Shown piece after piece: positions 1 through 10,254 of a DNA stretch of 64,000 nt; the first letter of the stretch is position 1; each line of letters starts with the position of its first letter. Below the pieces are notes generated by a model. That model searched no databases and was not told where the DNA came from. It saw only the letters and a program-made list of their open reading frames with translations. The position numbers were made by a program, and so were the translations under genes. The DNA is from an uncultured Pseudobdellovibrionaceae bacterium (lineage in GTDB: Bacteria > Bdellovibrionota > Bdellovibrionia > Bdellovibrionales > UBA1609): NCBI GenBank assembly GCA_963803705.1, contig CAWDNU010000001.1:416001-480000 (forward strand). Direction: 5' to 3'.

Positions 1-361
1 CTGGCATTCTAGTTTTTGTCATTGTTTTGCGGTCGACGAAAACTTTAATTGCTTTTACTTCGCAGTGAAGAACCTCGTTTTTTTTGACTAAATAATGGAC
101 AGTAATTGAGGATTCGGTTGGATTGATAAAGTTGACCTCGAAATTGAAAGACTCGTTGCCCTTGATTGGTTTATAATAGTCGCATTCAATTTTGCGCACT
201 GGGGCGCCTTGGTCAGACGAAAACCATTCGTCCCAACTTATTCCAATTTTCGGTAATGCTTCTTCTAAAGCCTGATGCACTAACGAGTAAATTGATCCGT
301 AAAACAATATGCCTACAGGATCACATAGATCGAATGGTATTCTCTTTATGATTTTGACCAT
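1..361 (-). CDS. Hotdog-fold acyl-CoA thioesterase (4HBT/YbgC family), runs off the window edge
   Basis: Not in ORF track; translated by hand from ATG at 361: MVKIIKRIPFDLCDPVGILFYGSIY...VRKIECDYYKPI...VFVDRKTMTKTRMP. DxDxxG-like motif and YxxP motif present; frame open to position 1. Confidence 0.8.
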   Translation of the reverse strand, partial: MVKIIKRIPFDLCDPVGILFYGSIYSLVHQALEEALPKIGISWDEWFSSDQGAPVRKIECDYYKPIKGNESFNFEVNFINPTESSITVHYLVKKNEVLHCEVKAIKVFVDRKTMTKTRMP

Positions 362-479
362 GACTCTAAGATGAACTTAAATTATATATGAGGGCATGAC
401 CCTTGCGTCATTAAGATGCACTACAAAATTTATATCCGGCTAGCGGGCTTTTAAGACCAGTTCAATCGGGAATGGGAAA

Positions 480-1409
480 TTGATGTTTGGAAGAGATTTA
501 AAAATTTATAGTTCAAATGACTTCCCCAAGGACTTACCCAGGTTAAGTGATCTGTACGATAAACTTTTTGCTGATGGTAAAGGTTTCAGAGGCCAGCTTG
601 TAGTCGAAGTTGCAGAGGTTTTGTCTTTACCAGAGCTTGACCAATTGCTACTAGCCCAGACCGTTGAATTTATACATAATTCATCTTTGCTACACGACGA
701 TTTGATTGATCAAGCTCCGCTTCGTCGTGGAAAAACAGCTATGTGGAAGGAATTTGGTGCCGAATATGCCGTGCTTGCCGGTGACTACCTGCTTGCTCGG
801 GTGATGGTTAATCTGTCTAAGCATGGACATATTAAGCTTGTGCAGGTGACTGCGGAATCCATTAGTGATCTTTTAGAGGGCGAGTGGTTACAAGATAGTA
901 TTCGACATGATAACAGCGTGAGTTTTGAAAAAATGAAGAAAATACACGAACTTAAAACGTCTTCTCTTTTTTCGTGGTGTTTAAAATCGCCTTTTGTTTT
1001 TAAAGATTATCCTTCTGAAGTGGTTGATGAAGTCTCTGATATTGGTCGTAAAATGGGATTACTCTTACAGAGAAGCGATGACCTGTTGGACTTCAATATC
1101 AGAAATTATGAATCTAAAGCTTTGTTCATAGATCTGAAGGCCGGATTTCTTAACTCCTTTGCAATCTATCTTTTTAGAGATCTAGAGTGGTCACAGGATT
1201 ATTTTACGATTTCTACAGAGGAAGAGCTTTTTAAATACTTTTCCAAAGAAGATTTAAATTTAAAGCTAAACGCTTTTGACGATCTGAACGTAAATCTTAT
1301 TGAAGAAATAAAAAATCAAACAGTAAAATTAGTTCTGTCTAATCCCGAGCTTTCTAAACTTAAAGATATGGTGTTTAAAATTGTTTCAAAGCTATACTGG
1401 AGAAAATAG
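480..1409 (+). CDS. Polyprenyl diphosphate synthase
   Basis: LLHDDLID first aspartate-rich motif, RRGK, LAGDYL, KT, DDLLD. Confidence 0.92.
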   Translation: MMFGRDLKIYSSNDFPKDLPRLSDLYDKLFADGKGFRGQLVVEVAEVLSLPELDQLLLAQTVEFIHNSSLLHDDLIDQAPLRRGKTAMWKEFGAEYAVLAGDYLLARVMVNLSKHGHIKLVQVTAESISDLLEGEWLQDSIRHDNSVSFEKMKKIHELKTSSLFSWCLKSPFVFKDYPSEVVDEVSDIGRKMGLLLQRSDDLLDFNIRNYESKALFIDLKAGFLNSFAIYLFRDLEWSQDYFTISTEEELFKYFSKEDLNLKLNAFDDLNVNLIEEIKNQTVKLVLSNPELSKLKDMVFKIVSKLYWRK

Positions 1410-1412
1410 ATT

Positions 1413-2174
1413 TTGCTTAAGTCCTGCCTTGAAGGTCTGAAATTTACAGAGTCTAGCCTTTTATTGGATCTTGATTTAAATGCAGAAGCCCATCCAACTT
1501 TTAAAGCTTTAGTTCAAGCTGACCATTTTCAAATAAAAGCTTTCGAAAAACAAGATCAGTATACACTTTCAGTAAAAAACGGGTGCCTATGTGTTTTAAG
1601 TGGAAATCAGAAACCGATATATGTGGATTTTGCCAGTCAAAAAATCAAATCCCAAATTTCAAAAACATCTAGGAAAAGCATAATTAGTAAAGCCCTAGGC
1701 TTGAAACAAAATCAAAAACATTTTATAGATTTGACTGCTGGATTTGGCAAAGATGCTTTTGTCATTGCCAAATATTTTTCTAGAGTGACTTTAGTTGAAA
1801 GGAATCCAATAGTGTTTCTACTTCTACAAGATGGCTTGAACAGACTTAGTCTTCAGCAACCTGATTTGGTTTCTAAGTTCGATCTCGTTTTTACGGACGC
1901 TGAGTCCTATCTAGAACAGGCCGAAAACCTTATGGATTCTGTGGTCTATTTCGACTTTATGTTTTCAGACAAAAGATCTAAAAGTAACAAAGAAATGTCT
2001 TTTTTAAAATTTATCACGAAACTCGATGCTCCAGTTAATTTGGAAAACTGCCTTTCATTAGCGACAAGTAAAATCCCAGTTAGAACAGTACTAAAAGCTA
2101 AAGCTTATTCAGCTTTAAAAAAGCCGAAACAAATTTATCAAGGACCTACAGTTAGTTATTACGTATTCAAATAG
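1413..2174 (+). CDS. rsmJ: RsmJ-like SAM-dependent rRNA methyltransferase
   Basis: DLTAGFGKDAF, VERNPIVFLLLQDGL, VYFDFMF. Confidence 0.75.
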   Translation: MLKSCLEGLKFTESSLLLDLDLNAEAHPTFKALVQADHFQIKAFEKQDQYTLSVKNGCLCVLSGNQKPIYVDFASQKIKSQISKTSRKSIISKALGLKQNQKHFIDLTAGFGKDAFVIAKYFSRVTLVERNPIVFLLLQDGLNRLSLQQPDLVSKFDLVFTDAESYLEQAENLMDSVVYFDFMFSDKRSKSNKEMSFLKFITKLDAPVNLENCLSLATSKIPVRTVLKAKAYSALKKPKQIYQGPTVSYYVFK

Positions 2175-2249
2175 CCAGTTTACCCTAAATTTGCTAATAC
2201 AGTCCTTTTACAAGAGCATAGTTTCACTATGTTATTTTATAAAAATTCA

Positions 2250-2281
2250 GTCACCATTGGTCAATATTGATCAATGGTGAC
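2250..2281. terminator. 32-bp near-perfect palindrome between convergent genes
   Basis: GTCACCATTGGTCAAT/ATTGATCAATGGTGAC, one mismatch. Confidence 0.5.
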
Positions 2282-2290
2282 CAATATTAA

Positions 2291-3079
2291 TCAATGCGTA
2301 AGTACGTTAGGATTATTCGATAAGTACTTCAGGCCTTTCAGCTCAATGAGTGCTTGGACAACAGAACTTGAAAAGTCCTTTTCAGAAACGTAGTTAGAGT
2401 ACTTTTCAAGGTCGTTCAAAGCTTCTTGATAGAAGCCTAAGTTTTTTTGTAGCAATCCTCTGCGCGCGTGCCAAAAAACTTTCTCAGGATAGATATCCAA
2501 TATGCAGTTGTAGACTTCTAAAGTTTTTTGAAAGCTCCCCTTCAATAGCAGCTGATCAGCAATTTTCGTTAATAATAAATAAAATTGAACCTGCGGTGTG
2601 GGGTTGATGTCCTCTTGGGGGTTTGACAGGTCCTTGCCCTTTGCTTTCTGTCCTCTTTCTTTTAAATTTATAACATAGGTCTTTTCTTCATCATGAACCT
2701 TAATCAGATGAGAATCTTGGGTGGACCAAATTTTAAAGTTTATTTTTAGTTTTTTGAGTAAGTATTGATAAACCATTGACACTAAATTTGAGTTTCCCAG
2801 ATTTTTGTCGAAAAGGTGCTTCAGATAGATAGGCGCATCGTCGTCTAAACCCACAATTAAACTCTCTTTATCAAAAAAAACAGAGTTCAAGATTTCGATT
2901 TTCTGGTCCATCGACATCTCAACGGTTTCAAACTGTTCGCCAAGAAGTATAACTTTATTTGATGTCGAGAAGCTGTAATCTTCTCCGTTAAAATGAAAGT
3001 GTAGTAGGTCTAGTCCGTGAATAATTGAATCTGGCTTATCAAAACACATAGCCTTCAGTTGTGAAATTAGATCTTTCAT
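2291..3079 (-). CDS. SirB1/transglutaminase-like protein with C-terminal TPR
   Basis: LNSVFF...YLKHLF segment and C-terminal RRGLL..LGFYQEALNDLEKY TPR. Confidence 0.65.
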   Translation of the reverse strand: MKDLISQLKAMCFDKPDSIIHGLDLLHFHFNGEDYSFSTSNKVILLGEQFETVEMSMDQKIEILNSVFFDKESLIVGLDDDAPIYLKHLFDKNLGNSNLVSMVYQYLLKKLKINFKIWSTQDSHLIKVHDEEKTYVINLKERGQKAKGKDLSNPQEDINPTPQVQFYLLLTKIADQLLLKGSFQKTLEVYNCILDIYPEKVFWHARRGLLQKNLGFYQEALNDLEKYSNYVSEKDFSSSVVQALIELKGLKYLSNNPNVLTH

Positions 3080-3170
3080 AAGCCTCTCGTTTTACTTTTT
3101 ATTAAAAAGAGTTACATTTGACAATGACGAAGTGAATTGCAAGCGCTTAAAGGTCTAGTCGGAGGCAAAA

Positions 3171-4028
3171 ATGTCCAGTGAATCAGAGCAGCTGCAGCAG
3201 AAATGCGAAGAACTGCGACTAGAACTTATGCAGAAAACAAGTGCAATCGACGTATTTAAGCTAGAGCTTGAAAATGCCAACAAGACTTTGCTGGACCTTA
3301 AACGGCGGTTGGATCAAGACTATAAGTCCTTATCGGATTTGTTCAAGTTGATAGTTCCCACAAAAATTCCCAAGATATCTGGCTTCCAATTTAGCACCCA
3401 GTATAAGGCTGGTTCTGATTTCTACGGAGACTATTTTGACGTTTTCGAACACAAAGATAAATTGAAGTTCGGAGCCTTGCTTTGCAAAAGCCCAAGTCCA
3501 TCTGTTTCAGCAGTGGTTTTGGCCCTTTTGTTAAAGTTAAGTCACGAATTCGAAGAAAAAGTAATGACAGACCCAAGTGAACCCCTGCGGCATTTAACTA
3601 CCGAGTTAACAGATCTTGAAACTTTGCCAGATCTTTTTTTAGGTTATTTCAATAAACGCGATTTTTCTTTTATGTATTCAGGAATTGGGGAAATCAGGGG
3701 TTTAGTGCGCTCGGCAAAGGACCAAAATGTTGACTGTTTTTACGACGGTCAAGCCGATCTCAAAACAAAGAAGTTAAAATTAGATGCAGGTGATACCGTG
3801 CTGCTGTTAACTAGCGGTTTTTTTAAATCGGCAAATGACAACGGAAATTATTTAGCCATAGAAGAAGTTATGAGTGCTTTAACCTGCTTACCCAAGGAAT
3901 CAAGCGTTCACGACCTTCGACATGAAATTTTATTTGTTTTAGATAAACACCTAAAAGGTGCACCTGCTTCCCATGATACAACTTTGGTTATTTTTTCTCC
4001 AGATGAACCAGTACTTCGTTTAGCTTAA
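3171..4028 (+). CDS. SpoIIE/PP2C-type phosphatase domain protein with N-terminal coiled coil (probably degenerate)
   Basis: GDYFD, GDTVLLLTSG, HDTTLV motifs. Confidence 0.75.
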   Translation: MSSESEQLQQKCEELRLELMQKTSAIDVFKLELENANKTLLDLKRRLDQDYKSLSDLFKLIVPTKIPKISGFQFSTQYKAGSDFYGDYFDVFEHKDKLKFGALLCKSPSPSVSAVVLALLLKLSHEFEEKVMTDPSEPLRHLTTELTDLETLPDLFLGYFNKRDFSFMYSGIGEIRGLVRSAKDQNVDCFYDGQADLKTKKLKLDAGDTVLLLTSGFFKSANDNGNYLAIEEVMSALTCLPKESSVHDLRHEILFVLDKHLKGAPASHDTTLVIFSPDEPVLRLA

Positions 4029-4109
4029 TTGGAATAAGGTTTACCTTTATCTTAATGTTTGATAATTATCTAGGTACACAAAAAATAATTTTAATGAGGG
4101 TGATTTAAA

Positions 4110-5231
4110 ATGGCTGAAATATATGAAGGCGCAGTGGATCGTGGACTTGAGGGCGTAGTAGCTTGCTCTACTGGAATTTCATCTATCGTTGATGCCACTT
4201 TATCTTACGGTGGTTACACAATAGAAGATCTTGCAGCTAACGCATGTTTTGAAGAGGTCGTTTATTTATTATGGAATAAAGAGCAACCAACTGCTGAGCA
4301 GCTTGAAGCTTACAATAAGAAAATTAAAGAAAATCTTTTTCTTGAACCTGAAATGATGAAAATTCTAAAATCCGTTCCTACAGATGTCCATCCAATGTCT
4401 TGGTTAAGGACTGCTGTATCTTTGATGGCCCACTGGGATAAAAAAGAAAGTGATATTGATTCAAATGCACAAGTTGAAATTGGTTTTAAGATGGTCGCTA
4501 AATTACCTTTGCTTGTTTCTTTCTATGAAAATTTGCGACAAGGCACTTTAGATAAGATGCCAGACCCGAAGCCTGAAAAAGGCATCGCTTGGAATTTTCT
4601 ATACACCTTGAATAGGAAAGAGCCTTCTAAAATGGCAGTCAAAGTTTTTGACACCTGTTTAGTTCTTCACGCAGATCATGAACTTAACTGTTCTGCTTTC
4701 GCGACCAGAGTCACTGCATCATCCTTAAGTGATATTTACTCGTCAATAGTTAGCGGTATCGGCGCCTTGAAAGGGCCTTTGCATGGTGGTGCCAATGAGC
4801 AGGTGATGTTAATGCTCAAAGAAATTGAAACTGTAGAAGGCGCTAAAAAGTGGGTTAAAAGTGCTTTGGCCAACAAGGAAAAGATAATGGGTTTTGGTCA
4901 CCGTGTTTACAAAAATGGTGACCCTCGGGCAAAAATTCTAAGAAAAATGAGCAAAGAACTTTGCGAAGAAACAGGAATGTCTAATTATTACCAGATGTCT
5001 GAAGTTATTGACAATACAGTTGAAAGCGAGAAAGGACTTTTACCCAATGTCGATTTCTACTCAGCTACTGTTTACTACAGCATGGGCATTCCGATAGACT
5101 TATACACGCCTATTTTCGCCTGCTCCAGAGTGTCTGGTTGGTTAGCCCATATTTTCGAACAGTATTCAAACAATAGAATCTACCGGCCTCGTGGTCAGTG
5201 GAATGGCAAAACAAATCAAAAGTGGAATTGA
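4110..5231 (+). CDS. gltA: Citrate synthase (type I / methylcitrate synthase family)
   Basis: GLEGV, HADHELN, GPLHGGANE, MGFGHRVYKNGDPRA, PNVDFY. Confidence 0.92.
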   Translation: MAEIYEGAVDRGLEGVVACSTGISSIVDATLSYGGYTIEDLAANACFEEVVYLLWNKEQPTAEQLEAYNKKIKENLFLEPEMMKILKSVPTDVHPMSWLRTAVSLMAHWDKKESDIDSNAQVEIGFKMVAKLPLLVSFYENLRQGTLDKMPDPKPEKGIAWNFLYTLNRKEPSKMAVKVFDTCLVLHADHELNCSAFATRVTASSLSDIYSSIVSGIGALKGPLHGGANEQVMLMLKEIETVEGAKKWVKSALANKEKIMGFGHRVYKNGDPRAKILRKMSKELCEETGMSNYYQMSEVIDNTVESEKGLLPNVDFYSATVYYSMGIPIDLYTPIFACSRVSGWLAHIFEQYSNNRIYRPRGQWNGKTNQKWN

Positions 5232-5232
5232 C

Positions 5233-5892
5233 TCAGGCCATACCTAGAAATTCTTGAATAGCTTTTTGTATACCATTAAAAACTTTATGAGGTTCTTCGT
5301 CGTACATATAGGCTGGCGTTGAAACCACTTTCGATTCTCGGTCAGTTATAAAGTCGTCAACAGAACATACAATATGCTCGCAGCCTGAGCTTACTATTTG
5401 AGCTGCTGTTTGCTCATCATTGCCTATGGTAAGAGTGATAGATTTCTTCTGACCAAGTACTCTAGCAACCAGAGCAGGCGCAATGCACATTGCTAAAATA
5501 GGTTTAGAATTTTCGAAAAATTCCTCGAGCACTCGCTTAGCGTCTTTGTGAACACTGCATTTCGGTCCATCCTGGGCCCAAGAACATAAATTTTTGACCA
5601 CACCGTACCCACCAGGAAAAACAATACCGTCAAATTGAGAAGGACTCAGTTCTGAAAGATCTTGAACTTTACCTCGGCTGATGCGAGCGGACTCCTCTAG
5701 CGAATTTCGGATTTGATTTTCTAAAAGTTCATCTTTGAAATGAGATGTTGGAGTAAAGCTTTGGCTTGGTGCAAAAACTTGGTATTGGATCTGATTTTGT
5801 GCTAATCCAATGAATGTCGAAACGGCTTCGGTTATTTCAGAACCATCCAAATATCCACACCCTGAAAGTACTACGGCAATTTTTTTTTGCAT
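5233..5892 (-). CDS. elbB: ElbB / ES1 glyoxalase (DJ-1/PfpI superfamily)
   Basis: LSGCGYLDGSEITEAV, ESARISRG, PGGYG, CIAP, STPAYM. Confidence 0.92.
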   Translation of the reverse strand: MQKKIAVVLSGCGYLDGSEITEAVSTFIGLAQNQIQYQVFAPSQSFTPTSHFKDELLENQIRNSLEESARISRGKVQDLSELSPSQFDGIVFPGGYGVVKNLCSWAQDGPKCSVHKDAKRVLEEFFENSKPILAMCIAPALVARVLGQKKSITLTIGNDEQTAAQIVSSGCEHIVCSVDDFITDRESKVVSTPAYMYDEEPHKVFNGIQKAIQEFLGMA

Positions 5893-5960
5893 AAAAAACC
5901 TCGAAATTTAAAAACTATTTCAACTACCCTATTACAGATGAATATTAAAAAGAAGTCACT

Positions 5961-6581
5961 ATGCCAATTCAAAAGTTGATTACGCTTTTAAAAAGATACT
6001 ATCCAGACGTGCGGTGCGCACTAAATTATTCTAATCCTGAAGAGCTTTTAGTAGCTACAATTTTAAGTGCCCAATGCACCGACAAAAGAGTTAATATTGT
6101 CACTAGTACACTTTTCGAAAAGTACAAAATTCCCGATCAACTAGCAAATGCAAATTTAAAGGTTCTAGAACAGGATATCAAGTCCACTGGTATTTATAGA
6201 AATAAGGCCAAAAATATCAAGTTGTGTTGTCAACAGTTAGTCAATAAGTACGATTCAAAAATAAGACCTGATATGCAGATCTTGCTGCAGCTGCCAGGAG
6301 TCGGACGAAAGACAGCTAACGTTGTGTTAGGCGAATGCTTTGAATTAGCAAGTGGAGTAGTCGTGGACACCCATGTTAAGCGGCTCTCTAATAGATTGGG
6401 TTTGACCACATCAACTAATCCCGTGATCATCGAAAAAGACCTAATGCGATCAGTTCCCAAAAAATATTGGATAATTTTCTCCCATTGGTTGATTCACCAT
6501 GGAAGAGGTCCATGTAAGGCTCGCAAAACTCACTGTGAAGATTGCTTCCTTAAAAAAGATTGTCCGTCTTCGACATTCTGA
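5961..6581 (+). CDS. nth: Endonuclease III
   Basis: LSAQCTDKRVN, HhH LPGVGRKTANVV, VDTHV, C-terminal 4Fe-4S Cys motif. Confidence 0.96.
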   Translation: MPIQKLITLLKRYYPDVRCALNYSNPEELLVATILSAQCTDKRVNIVTSTLFEKYKIPDQLANANLKVLEQDIKSTGIYRNKAKNIKLCCQQLVNKYDSKIRPDMQILLQLPGVGRKTANVVLGECFELASGVVVDTHVKRLSNRLGLTTSTNPVIIEKDLMRSVPKKYWIIFSHWLIHHGRGPCKARKTHCEDCFLKKDCPSSTF

Positions 6582-6618
6582 GTTTGCCGTGCTCTACAAA
6601 ACAGTTTAACTTTGGTTC

Positions 6619-7101
6619 ATGATCACTGAATTACTAGAAAGTCTTAAATACGTTGGACACTACTTTGCTATTTGTTTCTTAAGAATTTGTATTGGTGCTC
6701 ATATCTTGAATGTCGGTCTGGCCAAATATTATGATGACTATTTAAATCAGCCCTTGATTTCGGCGCAAGTAAACGAGTTTCTAAATATAAGCCAAAATCC
6801 AGGAGGCATTAATTTTTTCTTTCTGGAGCTGGTGCGCCCCTATTGGAAAATTTTTGCCCAGATACAATTTGGAATTGAGTTTGTAGCTGGTGTTTTATTG
6901 ATACTAGGCTTTTTAGTTCGGCCGACTGTGATTTTGCTTTTAGTCTACTTCTGGTTATTTTCATACATTCAAGATCCAATTTTATTGCCGTGGGTAAGTG
7001 TTTTATCTATGACACTGGTGGGACTAGGTTGGTCAGGTGCTGGCCGATGTGTAGGATTGGACTACTATTTTTACAAAAGGTACCGTGGGTTTTTGTGGTA
7101 A
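6619..7101 (+). CDS. DoxX-family membrane protein
   Basis: LRICIG, EFVAGVLLILG, GAGRCVGLD. Confidence 0.8.
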   Translation: MITELLESLKYVGHYFAICFLRICIGAHILNVGLAKYYDDYLNQPLISAQVNEFLNISQNPGGINFFFLELVRPYWKIFAQIQFGIEFVAGVLLILGFLVRPTVILLLVYFWLFSYIQDPILLPWVSVLSMTLVGLGWSGAGRCVGLDYYFYKRYRGFLW

Positions 7102-8015
7102 AACTTTTATCATCTATTGGCATCTGTTTTCTGATTTTAAGCATTGCTACATTTCAATACTACGATCCAACAGAAAGTCGAGTTGTTTGCCAGTACAGGA
7201 TTTTAACATCGAACTCATTTCATTCTAGCATTGGGCAGTCTATCAAACAAAAATATAGAGAGAAATATGGGTGCGAATTAAACTTTGCAGTCGTTAATGG
7301 CGCAAAACTGATCTCTAGCCTCTACAACAAACAGCCCAAACAGTACGATATACTTTTAGGGCTGGACCTATTTCAGATACAAAACTTGTCGGCTCAGTTG
7401 ATATATAAATTTGATGTAAAAAAACTGCAAATTCCTAATCCCTACAGACACTCTTACTTTGCTTATGATGAAGCCCCGATAACTTTTTTTTTAAGAAATT
7501 CATCTTCAACACAATTTGATGATCTTAAGAACTTTTTTGAGTTCCTTAATAAAAATGGCATGTCTGTAGCCATCCCACTCAAGACGACAAGTGTGTTGGG
7601 AGCTCTATTTGAAAAGTGGGTTATTATTTCTAATATTGTTAACGGAGATGGCTCTGTCTTAAAAACCGTGAAGTACGTAAAGTCTTGGTCTGAGTCACTT
7701 GGTTTATTCGAAAGAAAAATTGTGGACGGGTTTCTAAGTTTTGAAACTTCTCAGATATATTTTTTAAATAACAAGAATATCAAGAAAATTACATTGAATT
7801 CTGGGCATCCAAATCTAAAAGAGTATCTAGCATTTTCGAAATTTTCGAAAATGCGTCAGGATCAAAAAAAAGAATTTATCGAATTCATACATTCCAAAGA
7901 GATCCAGGACTTAATTTTGAAAAAAAACTATATGTGGCCGATTAGCAGGCAAGAACATGAGTATCCAGATTTAAGAACGCTAAGAGTTATTGATTTGGAA
8001 GACATTGTAAATTGA
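7095..8015 (+). CDS. ABC transporter substrate-binding protein, thiamine/iron (ThiB-like)
   Basis: DILLGLD, SWSESLGLF, SFETS, NYMWP; GTG start inferred overlapping doxX stop. Confidence 0.7.
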   Translation: MVKLLSSIGICFLILSIATFQYYDPTESRVVCQYRILTSNSFHSSIGQSIKQKYREKYGCELNFAVVNGAKLISSLYNKQPKQYDILLGLDLFQIQNLSAQLIYKFDVKKLQIPNPYRHSYFAYDEAPITFFLRNSSSTQFDDLKNFFEFLNKNGMSVAIPLKTTSVLGALFEKWVIISNIVNGDGSVLKTVKYVKSWSESLGLFERKIVDGFLSFETSQIYFLNNKNIKKITLNSGHPNLKEYLAFSKFSKMRQDQKKEFIEFIHSKEIQDLILKKNYMWPISRQEHEYPDLRTLRVIDLEDIVN

Positions 8016-8165
8016 TTAAAGCTGCAATTATGGAATGTACGAAAGGTCATAAGAGCAAAGTTGTGAATAAACTTGTACCAAGACTGCCGTTTTGGTAAGC
8101 AATAAGACTTGATAGCGTAGGGCTGTTCAACAACATTTTACAATTTTAGAATTGGGTCGAGTGCG

Positions 8166-9626
8166 ATGAAACTAAGTAATAAATTTAGCACTATTTGCTC
8201 TTGCGCTATTCTATCTTTTTTTGTGCTGCCCATTATATATATATTGATTCAGTCACTAGAAATTCAGTCCTTAAATTTTTATTTAATTTATAAAAGCGTT
8301 TTCTATGTTATTCTTCAATCAGTATTAAGTGCCTCATTTTCTTTATTAATGGGTACCCTGATAGTGTTATCCTACTTGAAGAAGTCAAAACAAGTGCAAA
8401 AAACCATTTATTGGGGGCTGCTGCCACAAGCCTTACCGACAGTTCTAATTATTTATTCTTATTTTAAAATTTTTTCTTTATTTGGTGTGTACCCCCAATC
8501 ATATGCGCACGTAATAATTGTTCACGTCTGCATAAATATGGGATTGGTAGCTTTTTTGATGCTTCCACATCTTCAGGTTGAAGTTGAAAAAAAGTTGCAC
8601 TTAATGTTAAGTTTAAAGCTTTCGTTCGGCAAATTTTTCAAGTTAATTATATTGGGTGAATTAGCTCCTACTATTTTGTATATCTGGATTTTAATACTTT
8701 CATTTAGTCTGACTAGTTTCTCTGTTCCGCTTCTTTTATCAGGTCAAATACCTAGTAGTTTTGATTATCTTATATATTTAAAAGGATATGTGGAAGGAGA
8801 TTGGGCCTCTGCATCCCTGTTAGGGCTTTTCGAATTTGTATTTTTAGGGTGCCTCTTTTTTTTGAGAACTCAGAAATTAACACTTTCCTCAAGAGCTACA
8901 AGTTACGTGGTCCTAAGAGATAAAAACTCTATTTTTTTTTGCATTAACTTTGTCCCGCTGCTGTTTATTTTTCTAAGTCTTCTTCACTTTGGAAATGCAG
9001 ACTTTGGAAATGCCGCAAAAGCGTTCCAACATGATTTTCTAGAAATACTAATTAATACTGTATTTCTGTCGTCTTGGACTATTTTATTTTACACTCTCTT
9101 TTTTTGGACTCAGCTATATATCTTGAAATTTCAATTTGTCAGAAAATTTCACCAGTTTTTTTGGCCTCTTAGTCCAATTTTACTCTCTTTTGTTATTTTG
9201 AATTTCTCCTTGTTTTTTGCTGATTCGCTATACTTAAAGATTGCATTCACTGGACTTGCAATATCTTCTTTTATATTTCCAATAGCTTTCAAATTTTGGA
9301 TTTTACCAGAGTATTACAATATAGTTTATTTTAATCGTAAGTCGGAAATTCTTAGTTTAGATTATCCTAAGGTTTTCAATCAAATTTTGGTACCCTACTT
9401 TAAATCTGCTTACAAAACGTCATTAGCCTATGTTATTTTATTTTCAATTGGTGACTTCACGCTGAGTGGCATTTTACTATCTGATATAAATACTATAGGT
9501 ATCAGTATGAGAACCTATATACAATCATATCAGATTATCGAGGCTCAATTGTTAGCGATTTTCTTAGTCATAGTTTCATTGGTTCTGATTTATGTTATCG
9601 GAGGTGTTAGAAATGAAAATAGCTAA
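8166..9626 (+). CDS. ABC transporter permease (ThiP/FbpB-like)
   Basis: Many TM segments with duplicated permease motifs (LTSFSVPLLL, SIGDF). Confidence 0.7.
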   Translation: MKLSNKFSTICSCAILSFFVLPIIYILIQSLEIQSLNFYLIYKSVFYVILQSVLSASFSLLMGTLIVLSYLKKSKQVQKTIYWGLLPQALPTVLIIYSYFKIFSLFGVYPQSYAHVIIVHVCINMGLVAFLMLPHLQVEVEKKLHLMLSLKLSFGKFFKLIILGELAPTILYIWILILSFSLTSFSVPLLLSGQIPSSFDYLIYLKGYVEGDWASASLLGLFEFVFLGCLFFLRTQKLTLSSRATSYVVLRDKNSIFFCINFVPLLFIFLSLLHFGNADFGNAAKAFQHDFLEILINTVFLSSWTILFYTLFFWTQLYILKFQFVRKFHQFFWPLSPILLSFVILNFSLFFADSLYLKIAFTGLAISSFIFPIAFKFWILPEYYNIVYFNRKSEILSLDYPKVFNQILVPYFKSAYKTSLAYVILFSIGDFTLSGILLSDINTIGISMRTYIQSYQIIEAQLLAIFLVIVSLVLIYVIGGVRNENS

Positions 9627-10254
9627 CTTTGAATCTCTGGTGGGTGATTGGAAGCTGCAAGTGGATGAAGTGAACCTGGAACCTGGACAAGTAACCTTGA
9701 TCCACGGCCCTTCTGGTTGTGGTAAAACTAGTTTCTTCCAGGGCCTTATTGGACTTAACGAAGCAAAATTTAGTCTTACGATTGATGGGCATGAGACATC
9801 AAAAATGAACCCTTTTGATCGTAATTTTTCGGTTGTATTTCAATTCAATAATCTATTTGAACATTTAACCGTTTTAAAAAACTTAGAACTTATAAAACCA
9901 AATGGTTTAAGCTCAGAACAATTCGCAGACTTAATAAACCCTTACCAAGTTCAAGATTTACTTTCTAAGAAGGCCAATGTTTTATCTGGCGGAGAAAGAC
10001 AGATGATTTCATGCATTAGGGCTTTCCTGCACAAAGGAAGACGGATGCTATTGTTGGATGAGCCATGGAGTTCTATGGATTTTGATAATAAATGCGACTA
10101 CCGAGCCCATTTACTAGATTTCCTAAAGCTAAGTAAAGTCCCCTGTGTGCTAATCAGCCACGATAAAGATGAAGAGATTTCGTTTCTAAATCCGAAATTT
10201 ATATACGACTTTACTCAGATGGCACGCTTTGAAAAGGGACAGGCTCCTGATTGA
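9613..10254 (+). CDS. ABC transporter ATPase (ThiQ-like)
   Basis: GPSGCGKT, LSGGERQ, LLLDEP; GGAGG RBS before ATG 9613. Confidence 0.85.
   Translation: MKIANFESLVGDWKLQVDEVNLEPGQVTLIHGPSGCGKTSFFQGLIGLNEAKFSLTIDGHETSKMNPFDRNFSVVFQFNNLFEHLTVLKNLELIKPNGLSSEQFADLINPYQVQDLLSKKANVLSGGERQMISCIRAFLHKGRRMLLLDEPWSSMDFDNKCDYRAHLLDFLKLSKVPCVLISHDKDEEISFLNPKFIYDFTQMARFEKGQAPD

Noticed and set aside
8016..8165. TPP riboswitch between thiB- and thiP-like genes (AGCGTAGGG present)
   Set aside because: No CTGAGA motif and no P5 stem; only a short fragment matches
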